Shown here one piece after another: positions 24,481 through 37,664 of a DNA stretch of 64,000 nt (its first letter is position 1; every line of letters begins with the position of its first letter). A program made the position numbers and the translations under genes. This DNA is from Hemiscyllium ocellatum (lineage: Eukaryota): the NCBI RefSeq assembly GCF_020745735.1, contig NC_083448.1, positions 5,764,006 to 5,828,005 of the forward strand. The letters are read 5' to 3'. Under the pieces are notes generated by a model. It searched no databases. It was not told the origin of the DNA and was given only the letters and a program-made list of their open reading frames with translations.

Positions 24481-25768
24481 TTGACGTGGGCTTTGCTGGC
24501 TGACCAGCACTTTGTACCCATTCTTAACTGCCCTTGAGTTTATTGGCTTGTTAGGTCATTTCAAATGAGAGTCAATCACGTTGCTGTGGATCTGGAGTTA
24601 CACTTAGGCCAGACCATGTGAGGATGGCAAATATCCTTCCCTGAAGGAGATTAGTGAGCTAGATGGCTTTTTCTGCTAATTAGCAATGGATTCATGGTCA
24701 TCGGTAAATGCATAGTTCCAGATTTTTAAAAAATTGATTTCAAATTCCAACATCTGCCATGGCATTTAAACCCAGGTCCCCAGGACATTAGCTGGGTTTC
24801 TGGATTAATAGTTTAGCAATAATACCACGAGACCATTGGCTCCCCAAGGGAGTAGCAGTGAATGTTTAGATACGAGATGTACTGTGTTCAAAATGAAAAA
24901 GAAGCTTTACATAGATTTGGAAGGTTTAATGTTGTAGAATGGCATATACACCCCATACTATGATCATGTCAATTGGATTTGTCAACAAAATTGCTTAACA
25001 TGTTGCAATGAAGCTAAACCTCTGGTCCTGCTCAAAGTCTCAGTAACAACAAATATCACAGCAATGTCACCTATATTTAGCTGCTCACATGCAATAAACT
25101 ATATCTTGTTCACACAAGACCCTTTGAATTAGACCAGGAAGTAGTTTCCTTATAAATCCCACCAGACCAAGCAGGCCGTGAACCTCCCTGCACTTCGGGA
25201 GGACAGCAGCAGCAACCTTGATTGTGAGCAGTTCTGCCCGTATGCCGACTTTTACCTGATATGTCGCAGAGTGGTGAGCTCAGTTGGCTGGGAGGGCACT
25301 GATGAGTTGAAGAGGCTGTTGGATGGAATTATCCAAAAATTTATCAAGGATGATCTGGAGGTGGCCCATTGTGCAACATAATGGAAAGCTGAGGAGGTAA
25401 GGCAGCGTCTGCAGTGGGAGAGCAGATGGAGCAATGTTTCACATTGATGATAGTTCCTCTGTCCACTCTGTTTCATCATTAGCGAATCCTGTCCTTCCCT
25501 TACCTCCTGTGCCTTGGGCACAGCTTCCACACTCTTCCCACTCTCTAGGTAAAGATGTTTCTCCTGACCTCTCCATTGAAATAACCACTTCCTGTAGACA
25601 AACAGAGATCTCTCAGTGCCCAGGTGTTGGGGACAGGTTGCTGCTTTTATAACTGCTGCTCACACCTGAGGGAGAAGTGGGCTTATCTGGCACAAAATAA
25701 TCCTTTGACCCTCTTGTCATCCTTTTTTGACACTTAGACTTCTAAAGTGTGCGCGTTGTGTTTTGTAG

Positions 25769-25869
25769 GATTCGTTCGGAAGGATGCCGTGCCTCTGGGG
25801 ACATTCTCCAAATACACTTGGCAGATCACAAACATTCTTCAGGTCAAGCAGATATTTGATACCCCAGAG
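25769..25869 (+). CDS. C2orf42: C2orf42 coding exon 5 ([34 protein letters not shown])
   Basis: TGTAG acceptor, GAG|GTAGGT donor, 101 nt, phase 1-0. Confidence 0.95.
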
Positions 25870-25916
25870 GTAGGTGGGAAGGGGAAGGTGAAGGCATCTG
25901 CAAAAAGACTACATTC

Positions 25917-26131
25917 GTGCTGGAAAAGCACAGCAGGTCAGGCAGCATCCGAGGAGCAGGAGAATTGACGTTTTCGGCATAAACCCTTCGCCAAGAATGC
26001 TGATTCCTGTCAAAGAGCTTATGTCCGAAACGTTGATTCTCCCGCTCCTCGGATGCTGCCTGACCGGCTGTGCTTTGCCAGCGCTACATTCTGGACACTG
26101 ATGTTCAGCATCGCAAGTCCTCACTTTCTTC
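25917..26131. mobile_element. Palindromic PLE-derived mini-element
   Basis: Inverted GCTGGAAAAGCACAGCAGGTCAGGCAGCATCCGAGGAGCAGGAG arms around decayed hammerhead copies. Confidence 0.8.
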
Positions 26132-27404
26132 AAGGCTACATCACTTCATGATGAGCAAAAAGTTGACCATCAGTCCATAAAAGAAAACGCAGACCACTGC
26201 ATTTCAGCAAACTCGGACTCCCACGAAGTTTGGGAAGATGGCTGATGTGGGATCAGTCAGCACAGCAGGGAGCCCATTTGGCCCATCATGTTTGTGCTGA
26301 CTCTTTGTGAGGAAGGCTCTTGGCCTATAGCTCTGCAGCTCATCCTTAGTCGAGTGTGTATCATGTTCACTTTTATACGTCACTATGTCCTCCACTCTCA
26401 GTACTTGATCCCGATTATAACAACTTGCTGCATAAAGAAAATGATCTCCCTTTGTCTTCTCGTCTTTTTGTTAATTACATCAAAATTGTGGCATGTCTGT
26501 GGTTACTAATCTCCCTGTGTCTTATCAAAACTCTTTCTAATTTTGTATGAAAGAAGCTTCTCCTGTCTCTGCACATAATGCAACTCTGGGGCCATTTGAG
26601 AACTTACCAGTAACCCCTTGTGGACGCCTTTTATTTTCAATTTACCATCCAACTGTCTGAATCTGGCACTTCCCATTAGATTCAAAATTGGGTGAAGGTA
26701 TTTGAGAACAATAAAACAAAGAACTGTGGATGCTGGAGATGTGAAACACACAAAAACAGAAATTGCTGCCGAATCTGGGACACACTGGCTGAAAGAGTGA
26801 CAGAGGTCGATGCAAAAAGAGGGGTCATTGGATTTGAAACTCTGTTTCCTCTCTCCCCCGATGCTGTTAGACTTGCTAAGTTTCTCCAGCAATTTCTGTT
26901 TTTGTGCATGAAACATCTCTCAGCAGAAAACTTAAGCCAAGTGGCCTGTTTTGTGGAAAACTGCTGAGATTCTGAGGCTATTGCCTGATTTTATGAAGGG
27001 GAGAGTTTTTTTTTAAAATCAATGAATGGTTACATTCAGCCCACTCTGAATCCTAGCCCACAGGCTTGGTTTTTGTAAAAAGTATTGTATTTTCTCATGT
27101 GGCCTTTTGCAAATCACTTTAAGTCAGCGGCTGCAGCATCTCAGCCCTTCTGTCTTTCCTTACCTATTCTGCCTGAACTCCTCATGATTGAGAACACGTC
27201 TGCTCCAAGGAGAACAACTCCCAGCTTCTGCAGTCCTCCCAAGCAGCTGAAGTTCCTCATCGCTGGAACTATTCTCAGCAACTTTTTTTGTGTTTGCAGC
27301 CTCTGCATCCTCCAAAGTGTGGTAGAAAATGGTTTCCGGGAAGTTTAACAACCCGATAGAACCTTGTCAGGACGTAATCCAGCACCCTTTGTTCTCCCTT
27401 TCAG

Positions 27405-27567
27405 ATGCCCCTGGAGGTCACTCGCAGTTTTGTTGAAAACCGCGACGGCACCTACGAGCTGTTTAAGTGTCCGAAGGTGCAGGTAGAGAGCATTGCCGAG
27501 GCCTATGGCCGAGTGGAGAAACAGCCAAGCATTCGACCGCTGGAACTCAAGACTTTCCTGAGAGTCG
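27405..27567 (+). CDS. C2orf42: C2orf42 coding exon 6 ([25 protein letters not shown]...[10 protein letters not shown])
   Basis: TTTCAG acceptor, G|GTAAAT donor, 163 nt, phase 0-1. Confidence 0.95.
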
Positions 27568-29028
27568 GTAAATAATTTGGTCTTGCTATTTGGGAGATTA
27601 TCTTTCAGAATCTGGTGTCCAAAAGATATTACCCACACTCACAGTCCCTTAAAAGTTTAACTTTGTGAACAAGTCTGTCGTGGTAGTTTGTCCAAGCATG
27701 TTTTGAGAGTTCAGGCATGTGACATTGATGTATACTCTGCTTGAGAAGATAAAGCCTGTCAAACATGGTTTCTCCTGATCTAATCTAGGCCAGCTTGTGT
27801 TTACAAACACAGGTTTTTCCATTTGCTATTTAATTTTATATATGATAACTTTCACGAGAAGCTCCCCTGCCCCTCTCCAGTCGGTGGTTCCCCCATTTTA
27901 AACAGGAGTGCAGCATATTCAAATTCTGACCGGACCTCGATATCTGAGGAGCATTGGAAAATTGTATTCAAAGCCTCAGCAGTTTCACAGTTCCTTCAGT
28001 TGACTTAAGAAAGATCCTATCCAGACCAGGGACTTCTCTGTTTTTAGGAACGTGAACCATTTCAATACATTGTCCTTTGTTTTGCTGCAACATCATCTTC
28101 ACTGTAACAGGCATCATCCTCTTCTCTCGTGAAGACAAGATACGTAGTACACCTTTCTTACTTCCACCCTGCCCTCTACTGCCGCAAGTCAGTCTTCATG
28201 GTCATAATTGAGGAACTCTCTCTTTGTTTTGACTATCTTTTTACTATTGGTGTTTTTCTAAAAATTGTTGGATACCCTTTTTTGTTACCTCCTAATCTCC
28301 TCTGAGTCTGTCTTTGCCTCTGTAATTCCTGCAGTCAGGAATCTGACCTGTCCTCTCCCTTATTCTAATCTCTTCCAGACCTATAAGCCTTTTGAGATGT
28401 CTGCATTCCACTTGTGACTCTTCCTGAGGCTGGTTCATTAAATATATTCAAAGCTGAGGTAGATTTTTAATCATGAAGGGAATCCAAGGTTATAGAGGAA
28501 AGGCAAGAAAGTGGAGTTGAGGATTATCGGATCAGCCATGATCCCACTGAATGACGGAACTGACTAATTGGGTGATTGGCATACGTCTGCTCTCGTGTCT
28601 TATGGTCTTACAGTTTTGATCCTTCTACCATCAATGGCTGGGCCCTAAAGTCCACCATACTCTCCATATGCTTCTCCCCTTCTCTCACTCTCCTCCTTAA
28701 AGACATTCCCTAAAACTGATCTCTTTGACCGAGTCATGTACCCATATATCTCCTTGTGTGGCCAGGTGTCATGTTTCTTTCACTGAAGTGCTTTGGCCCA
28801 TTTTATGTTACTACGGGTGTTAGATCAAGATAAGTGTTGTTGCACCTCTGAAGCTATTTAAAATGCCCTGAGACAAATATGTGCAGCATAAATTCCTTAT
28901 ACCTCTGATCTCAAAATTCAGTCCATTTTGGTTATTTTTCTGCTTGTGGATGTTGAGTAGCTGTAAAATTAGAGTTTTTGTTGATGTCAAGCATAAAGTT
29001 GACTGTAGGATTTTCCTTTTGCGTGAAG

Positions 29029-29237
29029 GCAACATGTCCCCTGAGCAGAAGGAACCCACTCCGTTTATTATCGAATGGATCCCAGATATTCTGCCCAAAT
29101 TGAAGATCGGGGAAATGAGAATTAAGCTGGAGTATGGTCATCACCGGAACGGACATGTTGAGTACAGAGAACAGCAGCCACCTTCAGAACAAAGCCTCGA
29201 GCTGAGCCCTTCCCTCGCCACCATTAACATCCACTGA
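29029..29237 (+). CDS. C2orf42: C2orf42 last coding exon ([24 protein letters not shown]...ATINIH*)
   Basis: AAG acceptor after a pyrimidine tract, TGA at 29235-29237. The spliced CDS is 1638 nt (545 aa) with no frame break. Confidence 0.95.
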
Positions 29238-31879
29238 AATCAGGGAGTCGCTCGGCCATCGCCGTCGCCTCTTGTGTTTTGGGAGGCAGGTAAGAGAAAG
29301 AAAATCCCAAACACTGGTCTCAGGGGACGCAAAAGGAACTCCGGAATCGAGCTTGAAGTTTGATGAAGATCTCAAGTTGAAACTGTGTGAGTTTGAAGGC
29401 TTGGTCTCCTCTGAATGAGGACCAGGTTGTATTTAATGGCACTTAATATGTTTGACTCTTCAACCTGCAATCCAAAGCACTCATTTCTTTAGACGTTGAA
29501 ACTGCATCGAAGTAATTTAAATCTCCTTGTGGTGAGCATCAGCTCCGTTTTGATTTCCTTCCTCTCCAGTGTAGGAAGTTGCTGATATATCATGCAAATA
29601 CTAAACAACACTCACCCACAGGAGGTCCATTTGACCTGGGTCTGCTGCTTCTACCTGGGTTGATTCCTTTCTGTTGTCGGGGATATTGACTCAAGTTTGT
29701 GTTGCAGTATGTCTCAAAAAAAAACAAAAGTCAGAGATGTGCTGTGGTATCTACAGAAATGCTACACTTGTTTTCTCCATGTCCTGAGAGTCTGTCAACA
29801 CTGGAGACACTTGTGTCAGACTCTCTCAGGACGAGCAATCACCTGACACCTTCTGAGGTGGCATTTTGGAAAGTATCACTGGCAGCAGATAAGGGCCCAT
29901 TCAAAATGCAAAAGCTGTGGAGAACAGTCAAAATGAAAAAGTTTATCCTTGCAGAACACATAACAGTGATCACAAAAAAAACTGCAAAAATGAATTCAAA
30001 ACAACAACAGTTTTTGACATTTTTCATGATTCCATACAGTGTGCCTGACCAACAGATCTGAATAACAATCTGTACTTATAGTATAGCACCTCATCATGCC
30101 CCAACACGCTTCACAACTTATTATTTTTCAAGTGCAGGAGACCAAAGCAACAAAGTTCCAGCAGTAGCAATGGAGATAATTTTTTTTAATTTCACTGATG
30201 GTGTTGCTGAAGGTGAAACATGGAACTGAGATCACCTGCTGCTCTTAGAATGCACTATTCAATCAGACGCATCTGAAAACGCATCTGGAATCTTGGTTTC
30301 ACACCTCAAGACAGCAGGTCTGAATGTGCAGCATTTCTCCAGTACTGCATTGTGGTGTCCGCCTAGCTCATTTGCTGAGGTCCTATAATGGCCTTGAACC
30401 TCTAACGTTCTAAGACAGAGCTGAGAAGAGGAAAAATACTCCTTCTTTTCTGTTGAATATTTTCCTCTCTCAGTTGTTCTCCACACCTGTGGATCTGTAA
30501 GTTGCATTCTCAGAGTACTTCTCAGGATCTCCTAAAGCCTAATGTCGTCAACGAGGTGTTTTTGAAGTTAGTCCTGGTTATACGATAGAGCAATGCAGCA
30601 ACCATTTCAGCATAGTGCTGTCCAGAAACACCAGTCAGAACTGAAGACCAGTGATATCAGACATGAAACATTAACCATTTTTTTTCCTTCCACAGATGCT
30701 GCCAGACCTTCTGAGTTTCTCCTGCACTGTCTGTTAGTATTCCTCTCGAATAAATCCTGTCTGTATCAGCAGTTTTCACTCTGGTGAATAATTGATTGTG
30801 TCTGTGTGCATCCTCCGTACCATTTGAGTATTGAATACTGTTGGCCCAAATTGGCACTTCAGCATTGCCAGTCACTGACCTCTGTGAATGAGAGAGGAAC
30901 AACTATCAATAATCTGGAGGCAAGAATCAGACCTGTGACAGCATGAGGCTCGAGAGAGAGAGAGAGAGAAAGCAGCAAAGTGACCATGATGGGTGTCTGC
31001 AGTTCATCATGCACATTGCAGCCACAGGCAATGCTCGATATTGAATCTCGGGACAGGGGCACTAAGCACGTGACTGGCTCTGACTTGTGTGCATGTTGAG
31101 TACTCAGAGATCTTTGCACTGCATTCACTTCAAATTACACCCAGTCGTCAGCTCAGTGCTGTTATTTTTTTTACCCTACCACCTAACGGAGGTAGTGCTT
31201 ATTTATTTTCCCCAGCATCCATGTTGTGTGTGTGCAGCTGTGAGACACAAGGTGCATGAGTCTTTATTCGGTTTCCAGCACCAGGAAGAAAGGAAACACC
31301 CGAGTGGCCAGTGACAAACAGTGCCCTTCACATCAAAGGGCAATGCTGTGTGATGAAACAGTGAAGGGGAGGGCAGGGATTAAGTCAAAATAGTGTTGGA
31401 GGGGGAAATAATGCACCCCACTCCCTGGGACGCCCACCTCTCCCTGAACAACTCCAGGATGTTGGTGGACGCCAGTGGTGGTGTTATTGCTGCATTTGGT
31501 ATATTACAAATAAAAGACTTGCACTTTATTTGCCCATTAAAGCACAAAATTGTGAGACTTTACAGAGAAGGCAATTGTGGCTGTGAAATTTTATTTACGC
31601 ACCCATCGGATGTGGGCTTGTCTGGTGAGGCCCGCATCTATTGCGCAGCCTGACCTGCCTGGTGTCACATAGCGGTGAGACTGGGTAAGGATAATAGATT
31701 GCTGATGCACATTTGTGAACCAGATGGGTTTTGAATGACAATTGACAGTGGCTGTCCACTCTTCCACCAGATGTTTAATTCCAGAATTTTGTAAAAATTG
31801 AATTACATTTTACCACCTGCCAGCGTGGTTTTGAACCTCAGAACATGAGCCTGAGGTTCTGGATTGTTAAGGCTTGTGA

Positions 31880-32530
31880 CATTACCCCTGCCTTCCCACT
31901 CGGGTTCCAGCCTGCTCCCTGCCAACTGCCTTCCATCTGGGTCAGCCTGTTCTGAAATTAGAAGTTGTGTTCGGTTTCCAGTCACATCTCCCTTCCATCT
32001 CAAAGATCATTTCTGGAGCACCAACCAACTGCGTCCCTGCCTCAGTCAGTCTGCTGTAGAAACCTTCACCTTGTGCCTTTGTTACGTCTGGACCTGACGA
32101 TCCTCGTACTCTCCCGGCTGGCATGCCACCTCGGGTCCTTTGCAAAGCGGAGGTCATTCAAAACTCTGCTGCCTGCATCCTGGTCCTCAGCAAGTCACTC
32201 ATCTGAAATCAAAATGTTACATAAACCAAGGGGAGGAAGGGAGGACATACAAAAATGCTGTGAATAGGAAGATCTGGTGGTGCCCAGGAAGAGAAGCAGG
32301 GTTGGGCACAGACCTGGATGCCCACTCCCCAAGGAAGCTGCCAGACGTGACGTTTCTTTTGATTTTGCACCAAGTGCGACTGTGTCTCCTCCTCTGAGAT
32401 GTTCTTTAAATCCTGCTTCTTTGACCGTCTTTAATATCTCTTGAGCGTGGCTTGATGTCGAATCACGTTTAATGTTCCAGCGAAGCACCTGAGGGTGCCT
32501 TATTAAAGTCGCTATATAAATGCAGTTGTT
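31880..32530 (+). mobile_element. L2 LINE 3' remnant (related pieces at ~16300-16760, ~28330-28840 and ~63380-63720)
   Basis: CTGCTGTAGAAACCTTCACCTTGTGCCTTTGTTACGTCTGGACCTGAC (A.ETL..AFVTSRLD-like) and a GCTATATAAATGCAGTTGTTG tail. Confidence 0.6.
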
Positions 32531-32682
32531 GCTGTCTGAGTTTTGTTATGTAGTTGCCCACTGTGAGAATACGGGACTGGCGGGTGGGGGAACGAAAAAT
32601 GAAACTGATGAGTTTTCCCAGCCATCAGAGACTGCCGTGCTAAAAATGGCTCCCTCACGGTGCTTTTGAGTCAAGTGTCCCA

Positions 32683-32848
32683 GTGATCAAGAGATTCGAG
32701 ATTCGGGCATTAGCCCTTCTTCAGGAAAGAAGGGCTTATGCCCGAAACGTCGAATCTCCTGCTCCTTGGATGCTGCCTGACCTGCTGCGCTTTTCCAGCA
32801 ACACATTTTCAGCTCTGATCTCCAGCATCTGCAGACCTCACTTTCTGC
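32683..32848. mobile_element. Asymmetric palindromic PLE-derived mini-element
   Basis: TTCGGGCATTAGCCCTTCTTCAGG inverted against GAAGGGCTTATGCCCGAAACGTC. Confidence 0.75.
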
Positions 32849-33187
32849 TCCCAGTGATCAACTTGACCATGTGTGTTCCTGTGAACCACTCTCAGGTCCG
32901 AGGCACACCTTTCAAGTCGTGCTCCATTGCCCCGAATGCAACATTTCGGCTCCTGCGCCCGTCCACCGCTGGGGGGGGCGGTGATGGACTCTAAGAGGTG
33001 GCCGTCTTTGAGATGAGACGCTGAGCTGAGCACCAATCCGGCTGCATTGTCATCAAAGATGCAGCGACTCGCAGAGTGCACCCAGTCTGCCCACCCTCGG
33101 CCCGAACAGCATTGCTGGTTTGTGGGGCCCGACTTGTGAGCTCGCAGTTCCTCCATTGCAGAGTTTCCTAAAAGTACTGCATCGGCA

Positions 33188-33490
33188 TAGATTAGATTAG
33201 ATTACTTACAGTGTGGAAACAGGCCCTTCGGCCCAACAAGTCCACACCGACCCGCCGAAGCGCAACCCACCCATACATTTACCCCTTTTACCTAACACTA
33301 TGGGCAATTTAGCATGGCCAATTCACCTGACCTGCACATCTTTGGACTGTGGGAGGAAACCGGAGCAAGCCCACGCAGACACGGGGAGAACGTGCAAACT
33401 CCACACAGTCTGTCGCCTGAGTCGGGAATTGAACCCAGGTCTCTGGCGCTGTGAGGCAGCAGTGCTAACCACTGTGCTACCGTGCCACCC
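33188..33490 (-). mobile_element. HE1 SINE (other copies: 36698-36940 -, 50990-51290 -, 52590-52780 +, 60655-60910 +, 61375-61692 -)
   Basis: Reverse complement of 20785-21081. Confidence 0.92.
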
Positions 33491-33734
33491 TTGGTGCTGT
33501 GTTGGGGGGGGGGGGGCAGGACTCGCTGTTCCGGCGGCGACCAGAGGCTTGGAGGGGCTTTGAAAGACCAATGGAAGATTCTGACCACGGCGTGGGGGCG
33601 AGCAAATGAACCTCCCTCCGCGTTCACTGCAAACTCACACGTTGCCATCTGGTGAACGCATCAACTTGTTCTGTGACTTGGAGGATTTGATACAGGACTC
33701 GCTGGGGGTTGGGTGAGGGGGTGGAGCGTGGACA

Positions 33735-33869
33735 GCGAATCTGATTGGTTGCTGGACGCCAATGGATACACTTCCTGGGCTGCCTGATTGGCTGGCCGGC
33801 TGCCCCTTGTATCTTTTCGCCGTGTCAGTGACAGTAGCCCTGGTCTGTCATTGCTCTCCCGGAGAGGAG
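33735..33869 (+). promoter_or_regulatory. ANKRD39: ANKRD39 promoter and putative non-coding exon 1
   Basis: Three CCAAT/ATTGG boxes (~33744, ~33759, ~33787), an ETS-like ACTTCCTG, CpG-rich, and a donor GAG|GTGAGT at 33870. Confidence 0.6.
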
Positions 33870-34212
33870 GTGAGTCGGAGCCATGGCGTTTGGACGGACA
33901 CTCTCCACATTTCCAGCTTGCTGCTCCTCGGGCGTTAGCGGCTCGGCTTCGGAGAAGGGGTTTTCTTTTTGTTTTTGGCAATTTCTGACTCACCGAGGCT
34001 TGCTTGGCAGTGTTCACCTTCAGGCAGCACCAGCACATCAGCAACAGACCTCCCGGAGTTTTCATTTGGGGGCCTGACGTTCCCTCTGGGTTGCTGGCAA
34101 AAGGTTTGCCCCTTTCCGTGGGGCGTGGGCTGACGTATTTGTAGCCCTTCCCACTTGCCCCTTGAAGCGAGCTTGCCTTCTTGGGCCATTTCAGAGGGTG
34201 GTTAAGAGTCAA

Positions 34213-34825
34213 AGATTAGATTAGATTCCCTATAGTGTGGAAACAGGCCCTTCAGCCCAACCAGTCCACACTGACTCTCTGAGGAGTAACCGACTCAGAC
34301 CCACCTCCCTCCGACCAATGCACCTAACACTATGGGTAATGTAGCATGGCCAATCCACCCTAACCTGCACATCCCTGAGCACTATGGGTAATTTAGCATG
34401 GCCAATCCACCCTAACCTGCACATCCCTGAGCACTATAGGTAATTTAGCATGGCCAATCCACCCTAACCTACACATCCCTGATGCAAATGTGTTGCTGGT
34501 CAAAGCACAGCAGGTTAGGCAGCATCTCAGGAATAGAGAATTCGACGTTTCGAGCATAAGCCCTTCATCAGGAATGGTCTACACATCAGGAATACACATC
34601 CCTGAGCACTATGGGTAATTTAGCATGGCCAATCCACCCTAACCTGCACATCCCTGAACACTATGGGTAATTTAGCATGGCCAATTCACCTAACCTGCAC
34701 ACCTTTGGACTGTGGGAGGAAACCGGAGCACCCGGAGGAAACCCACGCAGACACGGGGAGAATGTGCAAACTCCACACAGACAGTCATCCGAGGCTGGAA
34801 TTGAACCTGGGACCCTTGTGCTGTG
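34213..34825 (-). mobile_element. HE1 SINE with internal 52-bp tandem expansion and a nested PLE hammerhead fragment (34482-34575)
   Basis: About 5 copies of the reverse complement of the 52-mer found at 45165-46228. Confidence 0.85.
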
Positions 34826-35077
34826 CGGATATATCTGTGGGTCGTATGTCGGCCAGATTGGACCAGAACTGGAGATTTCCTTCCCTTAACGATATTTTGT
34901 GAGCCGGACAGATTTTCAGCAATAATTGATTGTGGTTTTTCTCTACTCGTCCATGAGCTGTGAGCGCCATTGGCTAGACCAATGTTTATTGTCATTCCCG
35001 AATTGACCAAGGGCAGTTAAGAGTCAACTACATTGCTGTGGGTCTGGAGTCACATGTAGGCCAGATTGGATACGGTT

Positions 35078-35246
35078 AACAAAAATCACACAACACCAGG
35101 TTATAGTCCGACAGGTTTATTTAGACCTGATGAAGGAACAGTGCTCCAAAAGCTTGTACTTCCAAATAAACCTGTTGGATTACAACCTGGTGTTGTGTGA
35201 TTTTTAACTTTGCCCACCCCAGTCCAACACGAACGCCTCCACATCA
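35078..35246. mobile_element. Palindromic mini-element from a second PLE family (same terminus as 56965-57090)
   Basis: AAAAATCACACAACACCAGGTTATAGTCC...CTGATGAAGGAACAGTGCTCCAAAAGCTT...GGTGTTGTGTGATTTTT. Confidence 0.75.
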
Positions 35247-37490
35247 CAGATTGGGTAAGGGCAGCAGATTTCCTTCCCTCATTCATTGGTGGTCGCATTA
35301 GTCAACATTGGCTAACTTTCCCTCTTCAGACCATCAGCCTGGGCATTTGGATTATTTGTCCAATGCCACTATGCCACCCTTTATTATTGTCATGTACTGA
35401 GATACAATGAAAAGTGTTGCATTGCATGCCAACCAGACAAGTCGTACCTTAGGTAAGTAAGACAGGGTAATAGAACACAATGCAGCGCAGAATCTTCCAG
35501 CCACAGAGAAGGTGCAGAGAAAGATCAGCTTGAATATAGGAGAGGTCCGTTCATAAATTTGCTAACAGCCGGGAAGGGGTTGTTCTTCATGACAAAAACT
35601 GCTTTTTGATTTGAGGTTTTTATGGATCATATGTATTCCACTCTGTCACGTTTTAAGTACTTCGAAATCCTTGAGCAGCTTGGACCAAGTACAATGTGGC
35701 CGTTTGACCACATCAACGTTCCTGAAGAAAAAAAAAACGGAAAATGCTGGGAATGCTCAGCCTATGTGGATAGGGAGGGATTGTGTCAATGTTTCACGTT
35801 GCTGGCCACACATTGGAATTACGGGCTGAATGACCTCCCCCTGCATTGGGAGATGCCCATGTGGGTTGGTGCAGCCGGTGGGAGTAATTAAATGGCAAAA
35901 GGAATGTTTTTAAACTAATATAGTGCTTTTCATAATCACCAAATAGCTCTGTTGGCCTCAATAAGGTACTTTTGAAGTGTAGCTACATCAGTGTTGTTAT
36001 GTGAAGGAAGATGGCAACCAATTTGCACACAACACCTCCCATAAACGGCAGGCCAGATCTTTTCTTATGATGTGGGTTGAAGGCGAAATATTGGTCCAGG
36101 TGCTGGGCAGAGCTTTCCTCCCCTGTTCTTCGAAACAGTTGCCCAGTTGCTTCCACCCGAGCTGAGAAATCCTCCCTGTGGCCCCAGGTGCCACATTTCT
36201 CCCCGCTGTCAGGCTGAAGACATGGGGGAGATGGGTTTGGGGGGGACAGCGAGTGACTGGTGAGAGATAAGGAGCCTGGGTTGTGATGTCGAGCGACCAG
36301 ACAACCACTAAATCAGACTGACATTCAAACCTGTAACCTTTGAACAATTGAGGATAAAGATGCTGCACGAATGCATTCTTATGTGATCCCTTTTTTTTCC
36401 TGCATATGGTGGACCCAGCAGTGAAGAGATGGCGTCTATAGTGACAATTCCTCCACTGGTGTATCCAGTGCAGGTGGAGAAATCTCCTTCAGTTACAGGG
36501 AGCTCAGTGCCTGGGTGCACTGGGTTGGAAGGACTGTGACACTGAACTCTTTATTTTTCAATATTTTCTTTCCTAAGAACTTGTGCATCAGAATCTGTGC
36601 CTGGGTACCTTCAGAGGGTATTGTAAGTGATGACTTGTCAACTTTTCACTGTACTCATATGAGGACATGTCTACAAAGCTAATTCAGTTTGTTTATTGGA
36701 TTAGATTCCCTACAGTATGGAAACAGGCCCTTTGGCCCAACAAGTCCACACCAACCTACCAAAGAGTAACCCACCCAGACCTATTCCCCTGCCCTGTATA
36801 TACCCCTGACTAATGCACCTAGCACTATGGTTAATTCACCTGGCCTGCACAAGGAAACCCACGCAGACACGGGGAGAACATGCAAACTCCACATTGATTG
36901 CTGAGAGGCAGTGGTGCTAACCACTGAGCCACCATGCCACCTCATTAATTCCAGTTAATACAGAATCACTGAAATGTTGAGACGAATCCAAAAGAACATT
37001 ATTACCTAGTGCCAATCCCCTGCTTTTCCCCCCCCCGTCCCCACTCCAAAATAAATCGTCCATTGCTCTTTTGAATGCTTCAATGGAACCTGCCTGCGCC
37101 ACACTTCCAGGCAATGCCTGAACTGCTCGCTGTGTGCAAACATTTATTTCTCATGTCACCTTTGCTTTTTTTTTGCACGTTTCTTTAAATCTGTGCTCTC
37201 TCACTTATTGTTCATTTTACAAGTGGGAGCTTATTTGTCCTATGCAGCTCCCCACCACCCCACCCACCCCCAATGGTTTTGAAAACCTTGATCAGATCTC
37301 CTGTCAGTCTTCTCTCCAGGGGTTGGCTGACGGTGGAATTTTATCCGAATGCACGTGCACTGTTGGAACATGTGTTGTGGAATGCAAACTTGGGTCAAAA
37401 GAGTTTGATAAATTTCCACTGAATTGTGTCTCTGTTCTCTTCTGCAGTTGGGTCGAGACAGAGCCGCCAACAGCAACACCGCCAGGACTC

Positions 37491-37593
37491 ATGACATCTG
37501 ATGACCATGGTTTGGATTGTGGATGCTGTTCTCATGGCTCCTCAGTGCCAAGTAGTGTACACCAAACACTAGAGGAGATGGATTTTGACAGAG
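37491..37593 (+). CDS. ANKRD39: ANKRD39 first coding exon (MTSDDHGLDCGCCSHGSSVPSSVHQTLEEMDFDR); exon starts at 37448
   Basis: CCSH...VxQTLEEMDFxRG signature of ANKRD39. Acceptor TCTGCAG ends at 37447; donor G|GTAAAC. Confidence 0.92.
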
Positions 37594-37664
37594 GTAAACA
37601 GTGCTATTTTAATGTTTATTGACAGTGCCCCAATGAATCAGCCTATTTTTATTTGAGTGCTTTT

